Source of the DNA: Mobula hypostoma
Lineage: Eukaryota
Direction: 5' to 3'
DNA: 64,000 nt
NCBI RefSeq assembly: GCF_963921235.1
Contig: NW_026948182.1
Coordinates: 372,001 to 436,000 of the forward strand
The position numbers and the translations under genes are program-made. The notes beneath the pieces were generated by a model. It did no database searches, was not told the origin of the DNA, and saw only the letters and a list, made by a program, of their open reading frames with translations. This document shows, piece by piece, positions 11,030 to 24,631 of the stretch (position 1 is the first letter of the stretch; every line of letters begins with the position of its first letter).

Positions 11030-12320
11030 TGGGATATCACAGAGTCCCGGGATATCACAGTTTTAGATCCAAGTGCAATGGACCCGGGAATCAAGCTGCC
11101 CAGGTTTATGAGGTGTTGAGCCAGTATTTCCTTATTATCTAAGCTCAGAAGTTTGTTTCTGGACTTCCTTTTGAAGTAAAGACTGCCATACTGAGGAGAG
11201 AATTCATTACCACCCCACCCCTCATGGTTACCATCACAGAGTGAGGCTGTGAGTAAATGGGCTTCTCCGTGTGTGAAACAGTAGAAATAGACACGTGAGC
11301 TTGGTGTTCAAACTGTGTTTAGAAATCCCCGCTCACTGTCAGCTGCCTCTCAGTCAGTGGAAATCAGGCAGAAACTCAAGATGCTGGAAATTTGTAATAC
11401 AAACGTGAAATTAGTTGAAGCCATTCTGACGTATGGATGTGAACACAAATCGCTAACTATGTTCCTATTGAAATGGACCTGTGCATAGGCGCTTGCTTTG
11501 TGATATTTGAGGAACAGAAAATAAACCACAACTTTTCCCTGTGAATTATCCTGGTATCACTTTCCCTGTTATTCCTGGAAATATGTTGAGTGCATCTGTT
11601 GCTCACATGGTTCACAAGAGTAAACTAAGAAATAAGAGAGTTTATGTATTACAAGCATTTGATGACTCTGGGCCTGAACTGTATGGAGTTCAGAAGTACA
11701 GAGCTGGACGGGACCTTATTTAAAACTACAGAATGCTGAACAGCCTGGAGACGGTGGACATGGAGAGGGTGTTTCCATCAGACGGAGAGTCTGTGCTCTG
11801 AGAGGACAGCCTCGGAATAAGCATCCTTCCCTTCAAAACTGAGATGAGAGAAACTTCGTCAGTCAAAGAGTGGTCGAGCTGAGGAGTTTGTTGCAACAGA
11901 TGGTGATTGAGGCTGTCATTTGGTGTATTTATGACAATATATTATTGATCTCTTTGGTACGAATCATGTTCTGTCAGTCGGAACTACTATACGATTAATT
12001 CAATACAGCACGAGACATGCCTAAAGCAGCCTTTACAATTTTAGATTCATATTTGAAAATGGCTGCAGGGTTACCCTTTGTCGCGATGTAACTCATAGCG
12101 TATGATGCTGAGTTTGTTATTTCCTTTTTCAGTTACCTTTGTTGAGACACTTCCTCCGTTCCCACGGTAACAAACTACTAAACTGCAAGACATGTTGCTC
12201 AACTTTATCGCTCTGTGTTCACTTCCTCTCAGGGTAGAGACAGTATCCTTGGGACAAAATGCAACAGAATGATCGTGGGAGGAAAGGATGCTGTGAGCAT
12301 TGACTGTATGAAATGTACTG
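11030..12320 (-). pseudogene. Unidentified gene-like relic, segments C (11030-11365), A (11465-11630), B (11975-12320); repeated wholly or partly in each unit
   Basis: Not similar to the TEs in the window; homologous to 58225-60374; pyrimidine-AG acceptor-like edges on minus strand; open stretches such as ORF 16584..16937. Confidence 0.45.
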
Positions 12321-13768
12321 AGAACATAGAAATGTAGAAACCTGCAGCATAATACACAACCCTTCGGGCAACAGTGCTGTCCGAAGCATGTACATACTTC
12401 AGAAATTTCCCAGGGTTACCCATAGCCCTCTATTTTTCTAAACTCCATGTACGTATCCAACATCCTCTTAAAAGACCTTACTCGATCTGCCTCCATCACC
12501 GTCGCCGGCAGTCCCTTCCACTTACACACCGTCTGCGTAAAAGGAAAAAAAAACTTACCCTTGACATCGCCTCGGTACCTACTTCCAAGGACCTTCAAAC
12601 TCTGCCCTCTCGTGTAAGCAATTGCAGCCCTGAGAAAGAGTCTCTGAATATCCATACGATCAATGCTTATCATCATCTTTTGCACATCTATCAGGTCACC
12701 TCTCATCTTCCATCTCTCCAAGGAGAAAAGGGCAAGTTCACTCAACTTTTTCTCAGAAGGCGTGCTCCCCAATCCAGGAAGCTTCCTTGTAAATCTCTAC
12801 TGCACACTTTCTATAGTTTCTACAATCTTCGGGTAGTGAGGTGACTAGTAATGTGCACAGTACCCAAGTTGGGTCTGATCATGGTAGTATACAGCTGTAA
12901 CATTACCTCTCAGCTCTTGAAATCAATCCCACGGTTGAAGGTCAATGCATCTGATGCCTTCTGAACCAAACAGATGACCTACACAGCAGCTTTGATTGTC
13001 CCATGTACGCGGATCCCAAGATCGCTCTGATCCTCCACACTGCCAAGAGTCTGACAATTAATACTATATTCTACCATCATAGATGAAGTAGCAAAATGAA
13101 CCTCCTCACACTTATCTGGGTTGAACTCCATCTGCCACTTCTCAGCCCAGTTTTACATCCAATCAATGTCCCGCTGTAACCTCGACCGCCCTCCACACTA
13201 TCCACAATACCCCCAACCTCGGTGTCATCAGCAAATTTACTAACGCATCCCACCACTTCCTCATCCAGGTCATTTCTAAAACTTGCGAAGGGAAGGTGTG
13301 CCAGAACAGATCCCATAGGTACAGCACTGCTCAGCGACATCCAGGCAGAATGCGACCCGTCTACAACAACTCTGAGCCTTCTGTGGACAAACCAATTCTC
13401 GATTCACAAAGCAAGTTCTCCTTGGATCCCATGCCTTCTTACTTTCTCAATAAGCCTTGCATGTGGTACCTCATCAAATGCCTTGCTGAAATCCCTGTAC
13501 ACTACATCTATTGGTCTACTTTCATCAATATGTTTAGTCACATCCTCAAATTCTTCAATCAGGCTGGCACGGCACGACCCGCTTTTGACAAAACCATGTC
13601 AACTATTCCTAATCATATTACTCCTCTCCAAATGTTCATAAATCTTGGCTCACAGGATCTTCTTCATAAATTTACCAACCACTGATGTAGGGTTCTTTGG
13701 TGTATCATTTTCTGAGCAATCTCTACTAACTTTCTTGAATAATGGAACAACCTCCGCATCCCTCCAAA
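12321..13768 (-). mobile_element. CR1 RT to 3' tail (unit 1)
   Basis: ORFs 12416..12772 and 13077..13340 (SKFADDT); tail ttctatgttct on minus strand at 12321. Confidence 0.92.
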
Positions 13769-14298
13769 CAGTTAATATCTGTGCATCGAAAAAAAAAACA
13801 CTGCTGTTCCAGGAAACTTAAAGTAAAAAGAAGAGAATGTTGGAAACATTCAGCAGATCTGCAGCATCAATGACTGTCCCAGTTCTGAAACTGGGCCTTC
13901 CACTATTTCTCCCTTCACGGATGTACCCTGATGTACTGATTTCCCAGCATTCTGCATTTTAGAATTTTACATTCTCTTTCTACTACACTGAGGTAACCTT
14001 GCAAGTTCTACTAGCTTGAATGTTAGTGTCCCCAACGATTATCATAACATTGCCCTTCCGACAGACCGTTACTATCTCCTGCTGTAATTTGTAATCCACA
14101 TCCCGGCTTCTGTTTCGAGGCTTGTATAAAACTGCCTTTAGGGTTCCTTTATCCTTGCCATTTCTTATCTTAACCCATAAAGACTCTACACCTCCCAACC
14201 CTATCTCATACCTTTCACATGATTTAATGTTATTATTTATACACAGGGCCACATTAACCCCTCCACCGACTAACCTATCTTTCTGATACACATTATAT

Positions 14299-15693
14299 CC
14301 TTGGAGGGATTGCCTACTGAATCTCTGTGGGTGAAAGTTAGGAACAGGAAGGGGTCAATAACTGTACTCTGTGATTTATATGGACCACTTAGTAGTAACA
14401 GGGACATTGAGGAGCGGATAGCGAGACAGATTCTAGAAAGGTATGGTAATAACAGGGTCGTCTTGTTGGGAGATTTTAATTTCCCAACTATTGACTGGCA
14501 ATTCCCTAGAGAAAGGAGATTAGATGGGCTGCAGTTTGTTAGGTGTGTTCAGGAAGGTTTCTGGACAGAATATGTAGCTAAGCCTACAAGAGGCGAGACT
14601 GTACTTGATCTGTTGTTCAGAAATGAAGCCTCGTCAGGTGTCAGAACTCTCAGTGGGAAAGCATTTCAGAGATTGTGATTACAATTCTATCTCCTTTACC
14701 ATAGCATTGGAGAGGCATTGGAAGAGACGAGTTAGGAAGGCATTTAATCGGATTAAGGGGAAATATGCGTCTATCAGGTGGAAATTTGGAAGCAGAAATT
14801 GGGAACAGATGTTCTCAGGGAAATGTAGGGAAAAAATGTAACAAATATTGAGCGGATATCTGCATGGAGTTCTGCGCAGGGACGTTCCAATGAGACAGAG
14901 AAGGAATTGTGTACAATGTCTGATGAAAAGTCAAGAAGAAAAGAAAAGCTTACGAAAGGTTCAAAAACTTGGCAATGATAGAGGTCCAGAAGATTATAAT
15001 GCTGGCAGGAAAGAGCTGAAGAATGAAATTAGGAGAGCCATAAGGGGCCATGAGAAGGCCTTGGCGGGTAGGATTAAGGCATTCTACAAGTATGTGAAGA
15101 ACAAAAGCATAAGACGTCAGAGAGCAGGAACAATCAAGTCTGACAGTGGAAAAATGTTTCTGGAACCGGAGGAGATAGCAGAGGTACTTAATGAATACTT
15201 TCCTTCAGTATTCACTACAGAACAGAATCTTGGCGATTCTACGGATGACTTACAGCTGACTGAAAATCTTCAGCATATAGCTATTAAGAAAGAGGATGTG
15301 CTGGAAAAGCATCAATCTGGGTAAGACACCGGGACCGGACGAGATGTACTAAGGCTTCTGTGGGATGAGAGGACAGCGATTGCTGAGCCTTTGGGGATGG
15401 TCTTTGCATTATCAGTGGGACGAGAGAGGTTCCCGAGGATGGGAGTGTTGCGGATGTCGTTCCCTTTTTCAAGAATGGGAGCAGAGATAGCCCAGGAAAA
15501 TTATAGAGCCGTGATCATCAGTTCAGTGGTTGGTAAGTTGTTGGAAAATATCCTGAGCGGTAGGACTTATGGACATTTGGAGAGGCATAATATGATTAGC
15601 AATTGTCAACATGGCTTTGTCAAAGGCAGGTCGTGCCTGACGAGCCCAGTTGAATTGTATGACTATGTGACGAAACACATTGATGAAGGTAGA
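14299..15693 (+). mobile_element. CR1 ORF2 remnant, 3'-deleted (unit 1)
   Basis: ORFs 14301..14678, 14848..15324, 15391..15765. Confidence 0.9.
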
Positions 15694-16833
15694 ATGATGA
15701 AGGTAGATGAGAGAATTAGTTACCATCCCACCCCTCACAGTTACCATCACAGAGTGAGGCTGTGAGTAAATGGGCTTCTCCGTCTGTGAAACAGTAGAAA
15801 TAGACACGTGAGCTTGGTGTTCAAATTGTGTTTAGAAATCCCCGCTCACTGTCATCTGCCTCTCAGTCAGTGGAAATCAGGCAGAAACTCAAGATGCTGG
15901 AAATTTGTAATAAAAACGTGAAATTAGTTTAAGCCATTCTGACGTATGGATGTGAACACAAATCGCTAACTATGTTCCTGTTGAAATGGACCTGTGCATA
16001 GGCGCTTGCTTTGTGATATTTGAGGAACAGAAAAGAAACCACAACTTTTCCCTGTGAATTATCCTGGTATCACTTTCCCTGTTATTCCTGGAAATATGTT
16101 GAGTGCATCTGTTGCTCACATGGTTCACAAGAGTAAACTCAGAAATAAGAGGGTTTATGCATGACAAGCATTTGATGACTCTGGGCCTGTACTCTATGGA
16201 GTTCAGAAGTACAGAGCTGGACGGGATCTTATTTAAAACTACAGAATGCTGAACAGCCTGGAGACGGTGGACATGGAGAGGGTGTTTCCATCAGACTGAG
16301 AGTCTGTGGTCTGAGAGGACAGCCTCGGAATAATCAACCTTCCCTTCAAAACTGAGATGAGAGAAACTTCGTCAGTCAAAGAGTGGTCGAGCTGAGGAGT
16401 TTGTTGCAACAGATGGTGATTGAGGCTGTCATTTGGTGTATTTATGACAATATATTATTGATCTCTTGGGTACGAATCATGTTTTGTCAGTCGGAACGAC
16501 TATACGATTAATTCAATGCAGCACGAGACATGCCTAAAGCAACCTTTACAATTTTAGATTCATATTTGAAAATGGCTGCAGGGTTACCCTTTGTCGCGAT
16601 GTAACTCATAGCGTATGATGCTGAGTTTGTTATTTCCTTTTTCAGTTACCTTTGTTGAGACACTTCCTCCGTTCCCACGGTAACAAACTACTACACTGCA
16701 AGACATGTTGTTCAACTTTATCGCTCTGTGTTCACTTCCTCTCAGGTTAGAGACAGTATCCTTGGGACAAAATGCAACAGAATGATCGTGGGAGGAAAGG
16801 ATGCTGTGAGCATTGACTGTATGAAATGTACTG

Positions 16834-18280
16834 AGAACATAGAAATGTAGAAACCTGCAGCATAATACACAAGCCCTTCGGGCAACAGTGCTGTCCGAAA
16901 CATGTACATACTTCAGAAATTTCCCAGGGTTACCCATAGCCCTCTATTTTTCTAAACTCCATGTACGTATCCAACATCCTCTTAAAAGACCTTACTCGAT
17001 CTGCCTCCATCACCGTCGCCGGCAGTCCATTCCACTTACACACCGTCTGCGTAAAAGGAAAAAAAAACTTACCCTTGACATCGCCTCGGTACCTACTTCC
17101 AAGGACCTTCAAACTCTGCCCTCTCGTGTAAGCAATTGCAGCCCTGAGAAAGAGTCTCTGAATATCCATACGATCAATGCTTATCATCATCTTTTGCACC
17201 TCTATCAGGTCACCTCTCATCTTCCATCTCTCCAAGGAGAGAAGGGAAGTTCACTCAACTTTTTCTCAAAAGGCGTGCTCCCCAATCCAGGAAGCTTCCT
17301 TGTAAATCTCTACTGCACACTTTCTATAGTTTCTACAATCTTCGGGTAGTGAGGTGACTAGTAATGTGCACAGTACCCAAGTTGGGTCTGATCATGGTAG
17401 TATACAGCTGTAACATTACCTCTCAGCTCTTGAAATCAATCCCACGGTTGAAGGTCAATGCACCTGATGCCTTCTGAACCACACAGATGACCTACACAGC
17501 AGCTTCGATTGTCCCATGTACGCAGATCCCAAGATCGCTCTGATCCTCCACACTGCCAAGAGTCTGACAATTAATACTATATTCTACCATCATAGATGAA
17601 GTAGCAAAATGAACCTCCTCACACTTATCTGGGTTGAACTCCATCTGCCACTTCTCAGCCCAGTTTTACATCCAATCGATGTCCCGCTGTAACCTCGACA
17701 GCCCTCCACACTATCCACGATACCCCCAACCTTGGTGTCATCAGCAAATTTACTGACGCATCCCACCACTTCCTCGTCCAGGTCATTTCTAAAACTTGCG
17801 AAGGTAAGGTGTGCCAGAACAGATCCCGTAGGTACAGCACTGCTCAGTGACCTCCATGCAGAATGCGACCCGTCTACAACAACTCTGAGCCTTCTGTGGA
17901 CAAACCAATTCTCGATTCACAAATCAAGGTCTCCTTGGATCCCATGCCTTCTTACTTTCTCAATAAGCTTTGCATGTGGTACCTCATCAAATGCCTTGCT
18001 GAAATCCCTGTACACTACATCTATTGGTCTACTTTCATCAATATGTTTAGTCACATCCTCAAAATCTTCAATCAGGCTGGTACGGCACGACTTGCTTTTG
18101 ACAAAACCATGTCAACTATTCCTAATCATATTACGCCTCTCCAAATGTTCATAAATCTTGGCTCACAGGATCTTCTTCATAAATTTACCAACCACTGATG
18201 TAGGGTTCATTGGTGTATCATTTTCTGAGCAATCTCTTCTAACTTTCTTGAATAATGGAACAACCTCCGCAAACCTCCAA
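16834..18280 (-). mobile_element. CR1 RT to 3' tail (unit 2)
   Basis: Near-identical to 12321-13768. Confidence 0.92.
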
Positions 18281-18816
18281 ACAGTTAATATCTGTGCATC
18301 GAAAATAAAAAAAAAACACTGCTGTTCCAGGAAACTTAAAGTAAAAAGAAGAGAATGTTGGAAACATTCAGCAGATATGCAGCATCAATGACTGTCCCAG
18401 TTCTGAAACTGGGCCTTCCACTATTTCTCCCTTCACGGATGTACCCTGATGTACTGATTTCCCAGCATTCTGCATTTTATAATTTTACATTCTCTTTCTA
18501 CTACACTGAGGTAACCTTGCAAGTTCTACTAGCTTGAATGTTAGTGTCCCCAACGATTATCATAACATTGCCCTTCCGACAGACCGTTACTATCTCCTGC
18601 TGTAATTTGTAATCCACATCCCGGCTTCTGTTTCGAGGCCTGTATAAAACTGCCATTAGGGTTCCTTTATCCTTGCCATTTCTTATCTTAACCCATAAAG
18701 ACTCTACACCTCCCAACCCTATCTCATACCTTTCACATGATTTAATGTTATTATTTATACACAGGGCCACATTAACCCCTCCACCGACTAACCTATCTTT
18801 CTGATACACATTATAT

Positions 18817-21343
18817 CCTTGGAGGGATTGCCTACTGAATCTCTGTGGGTGAAAGTTAGGAACAGGAAGGGGTCAATAACTGTACTCTGTGATTTATATG
18901 GACCACTTAATAGTAACAGGGACATTGAGGAGCGGATAGCGTGACAGATTCTAGAAAGGTATGGTAATAACAGGGTCGTCTTGTTGGGAGATTTTAATTT
19001 CCCAACTATTGACTGGCAATTCCCTAGAGAAAGGGGATTAGATGGGCTGCAGTTTGTTAGGTGTGTTCAGGAAGATTTCTGGACAATATGTAGCTAAGCC
19101 TACAAGAGGAGAGACTGTACTTGATCTGTTGTTTAGAAATGAAGCCTAGTCAGGTGTTAGATCTCTCAGTGGGAAAGCATTTCAGAGATTGTGATCACAA
19201 TTCTATCTCCTCTACCATAGCATTGGAGAGGCATTGGAAGAGACGAATTAGGAAGGCATTTAATCGGATTAAGGAGAAATATACGTCTATCAGGCGGAAA
19301 TTTGGAAGCAGAAATTGGGAACAGATGTTCTCAGGGAAATGTAGGGAAGAAATGTAACAAATATTGAGCGGATGTCTGCATGGAGTTCTGCGCAGGGACG
19401 TTCCAATGAGACAGAGAAGGAATGGTGTACAATGTCTGATGAAAAGTCAAGAAGAAAAGAAATGCTTACGAAAGGTTCAAAAACTTGATAATGATAGAGG
19501 TCCAGAAGATTATAATGCTGGCAGGAAAGAGCTGAAGAATGAAATTAGGAGAGCCAGAAGGGGCCATGAGAAGGCCTTGGCGGGCAGGATTGAGGAAAAC
19601 CTCAAGGCATCCAACAAGTATGTGATGACCAAAAGCATAAGACGTCAGAGAATAGGAGCAATTAAATGTGACAGTTAAAAACTGTGTCTGGAACCTGAGG
19701 AGATAGCAGAGGTAATTAATGGATACTTTCTTTCAGTGTTTACTACAGAAAATGATCTTTGCGACTGCAGGGATGACTGACAGCTGACTGAAAATCTTGA
19801 GCATATAGCTATTAAGAAAAAGGATTTGCTGGAGCTTTTGTAAAGCATCAAGTTGGATAAGACACCGAGACCGGACGAGATGTACTAAGGCTACTGTGGG
19901 ATGCGAGGAAAGAGATTGCTGAGCCTCTGGGGACTGTCTTTGCATTGTCCGTAGGACGAGAGAGGTTCCCGAGGATGGGAGTGTTGCGGAGGTCGTTCCC
20001 TTATTCAAGAATGGGAGCAGAGATAGCCCAGGAAAAATATAGAGCAGGGACCATTACTTCAGTGGTTGGTAAGTTGTTGGAACATATCCTGAGCGGCAGG
20101 ACTTATGGACATTTGGAGAGGTATAATATGATTAGAAATCGTCAACATGGCTTTGTCAAAGGCTGGTCGTGTCTTACGAGCCCAATTGAATTGTTTGACG
20201 ATGTGACTAAACACATTGATGAAGGTAGAGCAGTAGATGTACCCCATGCAATGCTTCTTGAGAAAGTCAGGAGACAATCGATCCAAGGGGATATTGTTTT
20301 GTAGATCCAAAAATTAGCTTGCCTATAGAAGGCAAAGAGTGCTTGTAGACGGGGCATATTCTGCATGGAGGTCGGTGACTACTGATGTGTCTCAGGGATC
20401 TGTTCTGGGACCCCTTCTCTTCGTTAATTTTATAAATGACCTGGATGAGGAAGTGGAAGGATGTGTTAGTAAATTTGCGGACGACACAAATGTTGGGGTT
20501 GTTGTGGATAGTGTGGAGGGTTGTCAGACGTTACAGCGAGACATGAATGGGATGCAAACCTGGGCTGAGAGGTGGCAGATGGAGTTCAACCCAGATAAGT
20601 GTGAGGTGGTTCATTTTGGTAGGTCAAATATGCTGGCAGAATATAGAATTAATGGTAAGACTCTTGGCAGTGTGGAGGATCGGAGGAATCTTGGCGTTCG
20701 AGTCCATAGATCACCCAAAGCTGCTACACAGCTGCTCAAAGCTTGAGTCTCTGGTAAAGCAGTCATGCAGTGCATTGGCCGTCAACAGCCGTGGGACTGA
20801 TGTTCGGAACCGAGGAGTAACTTTGCAGATACGCAGGACCCTAGTCTGACCCCGCTTGGAGTACGTGCTCAATTCTAGAAACCTCACTGCAGAAAGGGTG
20901 TGGAAAACACAGAAAGGATGCAGAAGAGACTTACAAGGATGTAGCCTGGATTGAGGAGCATGCCTTCAGGGAATTTGATAAGTCAGCCCGGCCTTTTATC
21001 CTTGGAGCACCGAAGCATGAGAGGTGACCTGATAGACTTGTATAGCGTGATGAGAGGCATTGATCGTGTGGATAGTCAGACGCTTTACCCCAGGGCTGAA
21101 ATGGCTAAGATGACGGGGCACATTATTACGGTGCTCGGAAGTAGGTACAGCCGAAATGTCAGGGGTAATATTTTTACTCATAGAGCGGTGAGGGCACGAA
21201 ATGTGCTGCCGGAAACGGTGGTGGAGGCGGATACGATGGGGTCTTTGAAGAGGCTCTTGGATAGGGACATGCAGCCGAGAAAAATGGAGGGCTAGGGGTA
21301 ACACGAGGTAATTTCTTCAAGAAGTAGAGGTTCGGCACAGAAT
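18817..21343 (+). mobile_element. CR1 ORF2 remnant (unit 2)
   Basis: ORF 20339..20746: VSQGSVLGPLLF...KFADD. Confidence 0.92.
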
Positions 21344-22642
21344 TGTTTGGTTGGGATATCACAGAGTCCCGGGATATCACAGTTTTAGATCCAAGTGCAA
21401 TGGACCCGGGAATCAAGCTGCCCAGGTTTATGAGGTGTTGAGCCAGTACTTCCTTATTATCTAAGCTCAGAAGTTTGTTTCTGGACTTCCTTTGGAAGTA
21501 AAGACTGCCATACTGAGGAGAGAATTAGTTACCATCCCACCCCTCACAGTTACCATCACAGCGAGAGGCTGTGAGTAAATGGGCTTCTCCGTGTGTGAAA
21601 GAGTAGAAATAGACACGTGAGCTTGGTGTTCAAATTGTGTTTAGAAATCCCCGCTCACTGTCATCTGCCTCTCAGTCAGTGGAAATCAGGCAGAAACTCA
21701 AGATGCTGGAAATTTGTAATAAAAACGTGTAATTAGTTGAAGCCATTCTGACGTATGGATGTGAACACAAATCGCTAACTATGTTCCTGTTGAAATGGAC
21801 CTGTGCATAGGCGCTTGCTTTGTGATATTTGAGGAACAGAAAAGAAACCACAACTTTTCCCTGTGAATTATCCTGGTATCACTTTCCCTGTTATTCCTGG
21901 AAATATGTTGAGTGCATCTGTTGCTCACATGGTTCACAAGAGTAAACTCAGAAATAAGAGGCTTTATGCATGACAAGCATTTGATGACTCTGGGCCTGTA
22001 CTCTATGGAGTTCAGAAGTACAGAGCTGGACGGGATCTTATTTAAAACTACAGAATGCTGAACAGCCTGGAGACGGTGGACATGGAGAGGGTGTTTCCAT
22101 CAGACGGAGAGTCTGTGGTCTGAGAGGACAGCCTCGGAATAAGCAACCTTCCCTTCAAAACTGAGATGAGAGAAACTTCGTCAGTCAAAGAGTGGTCGAG
22201 CTGAGGAGTTTGTTGCAACAGATGGTGATTGAGGCTGTCATTTGGTGTATTTATGACAATATATTATTGATCTCTTGGGTACGAATCATGTTCTGTCAGT
22301 CGGAACTACTATACGATTAATTCAATACAGCACGAGACATGCCTAAAGCAACCTTTACAATTTTAGATTCATATTTGAAAATGGCTGCAGGGTTACCCTT
22401 TGTCGCGATGTAACTCATAGCGTATGATGCTGAGTTTGTTATTTCCTTTTTCAGTTACCTTTGTTGAGACACTTCCTCCGTTCCCACGGTAACAAACTAC
22501 TACACTGCAAGACATGTTGTTCAACTTTATCGCTCTGTGTTCACTTCCTCTCAGGTTAGAGACAGTATCCTTGGGACAAAATGCAACAGAATGATCGTGG
22601 GAGGAAAGGATGCTGTGAGCATTGACTGTATGAAATGTACTG

Positions 22643-24089
22643 AGAACATAGAAATGTAGAAACCTGCAGCATAATACACAAGCCCTTCGGGCAACAGTGC
22701 TGTCCGAAACATGTACATACTTCAGAAATTTCCCAGGGTTACCCGTAGCCCTCTATTTTTCTAAACTCCATGTACGTATCCAACATCCTCTTAAAAGACC
22801 TTACTCGATCTGCCTCCAACACCGTCGCCGGCAGTCCATTCCACTTACACACCGTCTGCGTAAAAGGAAAAAAAAACTTACCCTTGACATCGCCTCGGTA
22901 CCTACTTCCAAGGACCTTCAAACTCTGCCCTCTCGTGTAAGCAATTGCAGCCCTGAGAAAGAGTCTCTGAATATCCATACGATCAATGCTTATCATCATC
23001 TTTTGCACCTCTATCAGGTCACCTCTCATCTTCCATCTCTCCAAGGAGAAAAGGGAAGTTCACTCAACTTTTTCTCAAAAGGCATGTTCCCCAATCCAGG
23101 AAGCTTCCTTGTAAATCTCTACTGCACACTTTCTATAGTTTCTACAATCTTCGGGTAGTGAGGTGACTAGTAATGTGCACAGTACCCAAGTTGGGTCTGA
23201 TCATGGTAGTATACAGCTGTAACATTACCTCTCGGCTCTTGAAATCAATACCACGGTTGAAGGTCAATGCACCTGATGCCTTCTGAACCAAACAGATGAC
23301 CTACACAGCAGCTTTGATTGTCCCATGTACGCGGATCCCAAGATCGCTCTGATCCTCCACACTGCCAAGAGTCTCACAATTAATACTATATTCTACCATC
23401 ATAGATGAAGTAGCAAAATGAACCTCCTCACGCTTATCTGGGTTGAACTCCATCTGCCACTTCTCAGCCCAGTTTTACATCCAATCGATGTCCCGCTGTA
23501 ACCTCGACAGCCCTTCACACTATCCACGATACCCCCAACCTTGGTGTCATCAGCAAATTTACTGACGCATCCCACCACTTCCTCATCCAGGTCATTTCTA
23601 AAACTTGCGAAGGTAAGGTGTGCCAGAACAGATCCCGTAGGTACAGCACTGCTCAGTGACCTCCATGCAGGATGCGACCCGTCTACAACAACTCTGAGCC
23701 TTCTGTGGACAAACCAATTCTCGATTCACAAAGCAAGGTCTCCTTGGATCCCATGCCCTCTTACTTTCTCAATAAGCTTTGCATGTGGTACCTCATCAAA
23801 TGCCTTGCTGAAATCCCTGTACACTACATCTATTGGTCTACTTTCATCAATATGTTTAGTCACATCCTCAAAATCTTCAATCTGGCTGGTACGGCACAAC
23901 CTGCTTTTGACAAAGCCATGTCAACTATTCCTAATCATATTACGCCTCTCCAAATGTTCATAAATCTTGGCTCACAGGATCTTCTTCATAAATTTACCAA
24001 CCACTGATGTAGGGTTCATTGGTGTATCATTTTCTGAGCAATCTCTACTAACTTTCTTGAATAATGTAACAACCTCCGCAAACCTCCAA
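22643..24089 (-). mobile_element. CR1 RT to 3' tail (unit 3)
   Basis: Near-identical to 16834-18280. Confidence 0.92.
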
Positions 24090-24631
24090 ACAGTTAATAT
24101 CAGTGCATCGAAAATTAAAAAAAAAAAAAAACACTGCTGTTCCAGGAAATTTAAAGTAAAAAGAAGAGAATGTTGGAAACATTCAGCAGATATGCAGCAT
24201 CAATGACTTTCCCAGTTCTGAAACTGGGTCTTCCACTATTTCTCCCTTCACGGATGCACCCTGATGTACTGATTTCCCAGCATTGTGAATTTTATAATTT
24301 TACAATCTCTTTCTACTACACTAAGGTAACCTTGCAAGTTATACTAGCTTGAATGTTAGTGTCCCCGACGATTATCATAACATTACCCATCCGACAGACC
24401 GTTACTATCTCCTGCTGTAATTTGTAATCCACATCCCGCCTTCTGTTTCGAGGCCTGTATAAAACTGCCATTAGGGTTCCTTTATCCTCGCCATTTCTTA
24501 TTTTAACCCATAAAGACTCTACACCTCCCAACCCTATCTCATACCTTTCACATGATTTAATGTTATTATTTATACACAGAGCCACACTAACCCCTACACT
24601 GACTAACCTATCTTTCCGATACACCGTATAT

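Noticed and set aside
12374-13685. Recurrent 110-156 aa plus-strand ORFs in each unit
   Set aside because: Antisense shadows of the minus-strand CR1 RT frame
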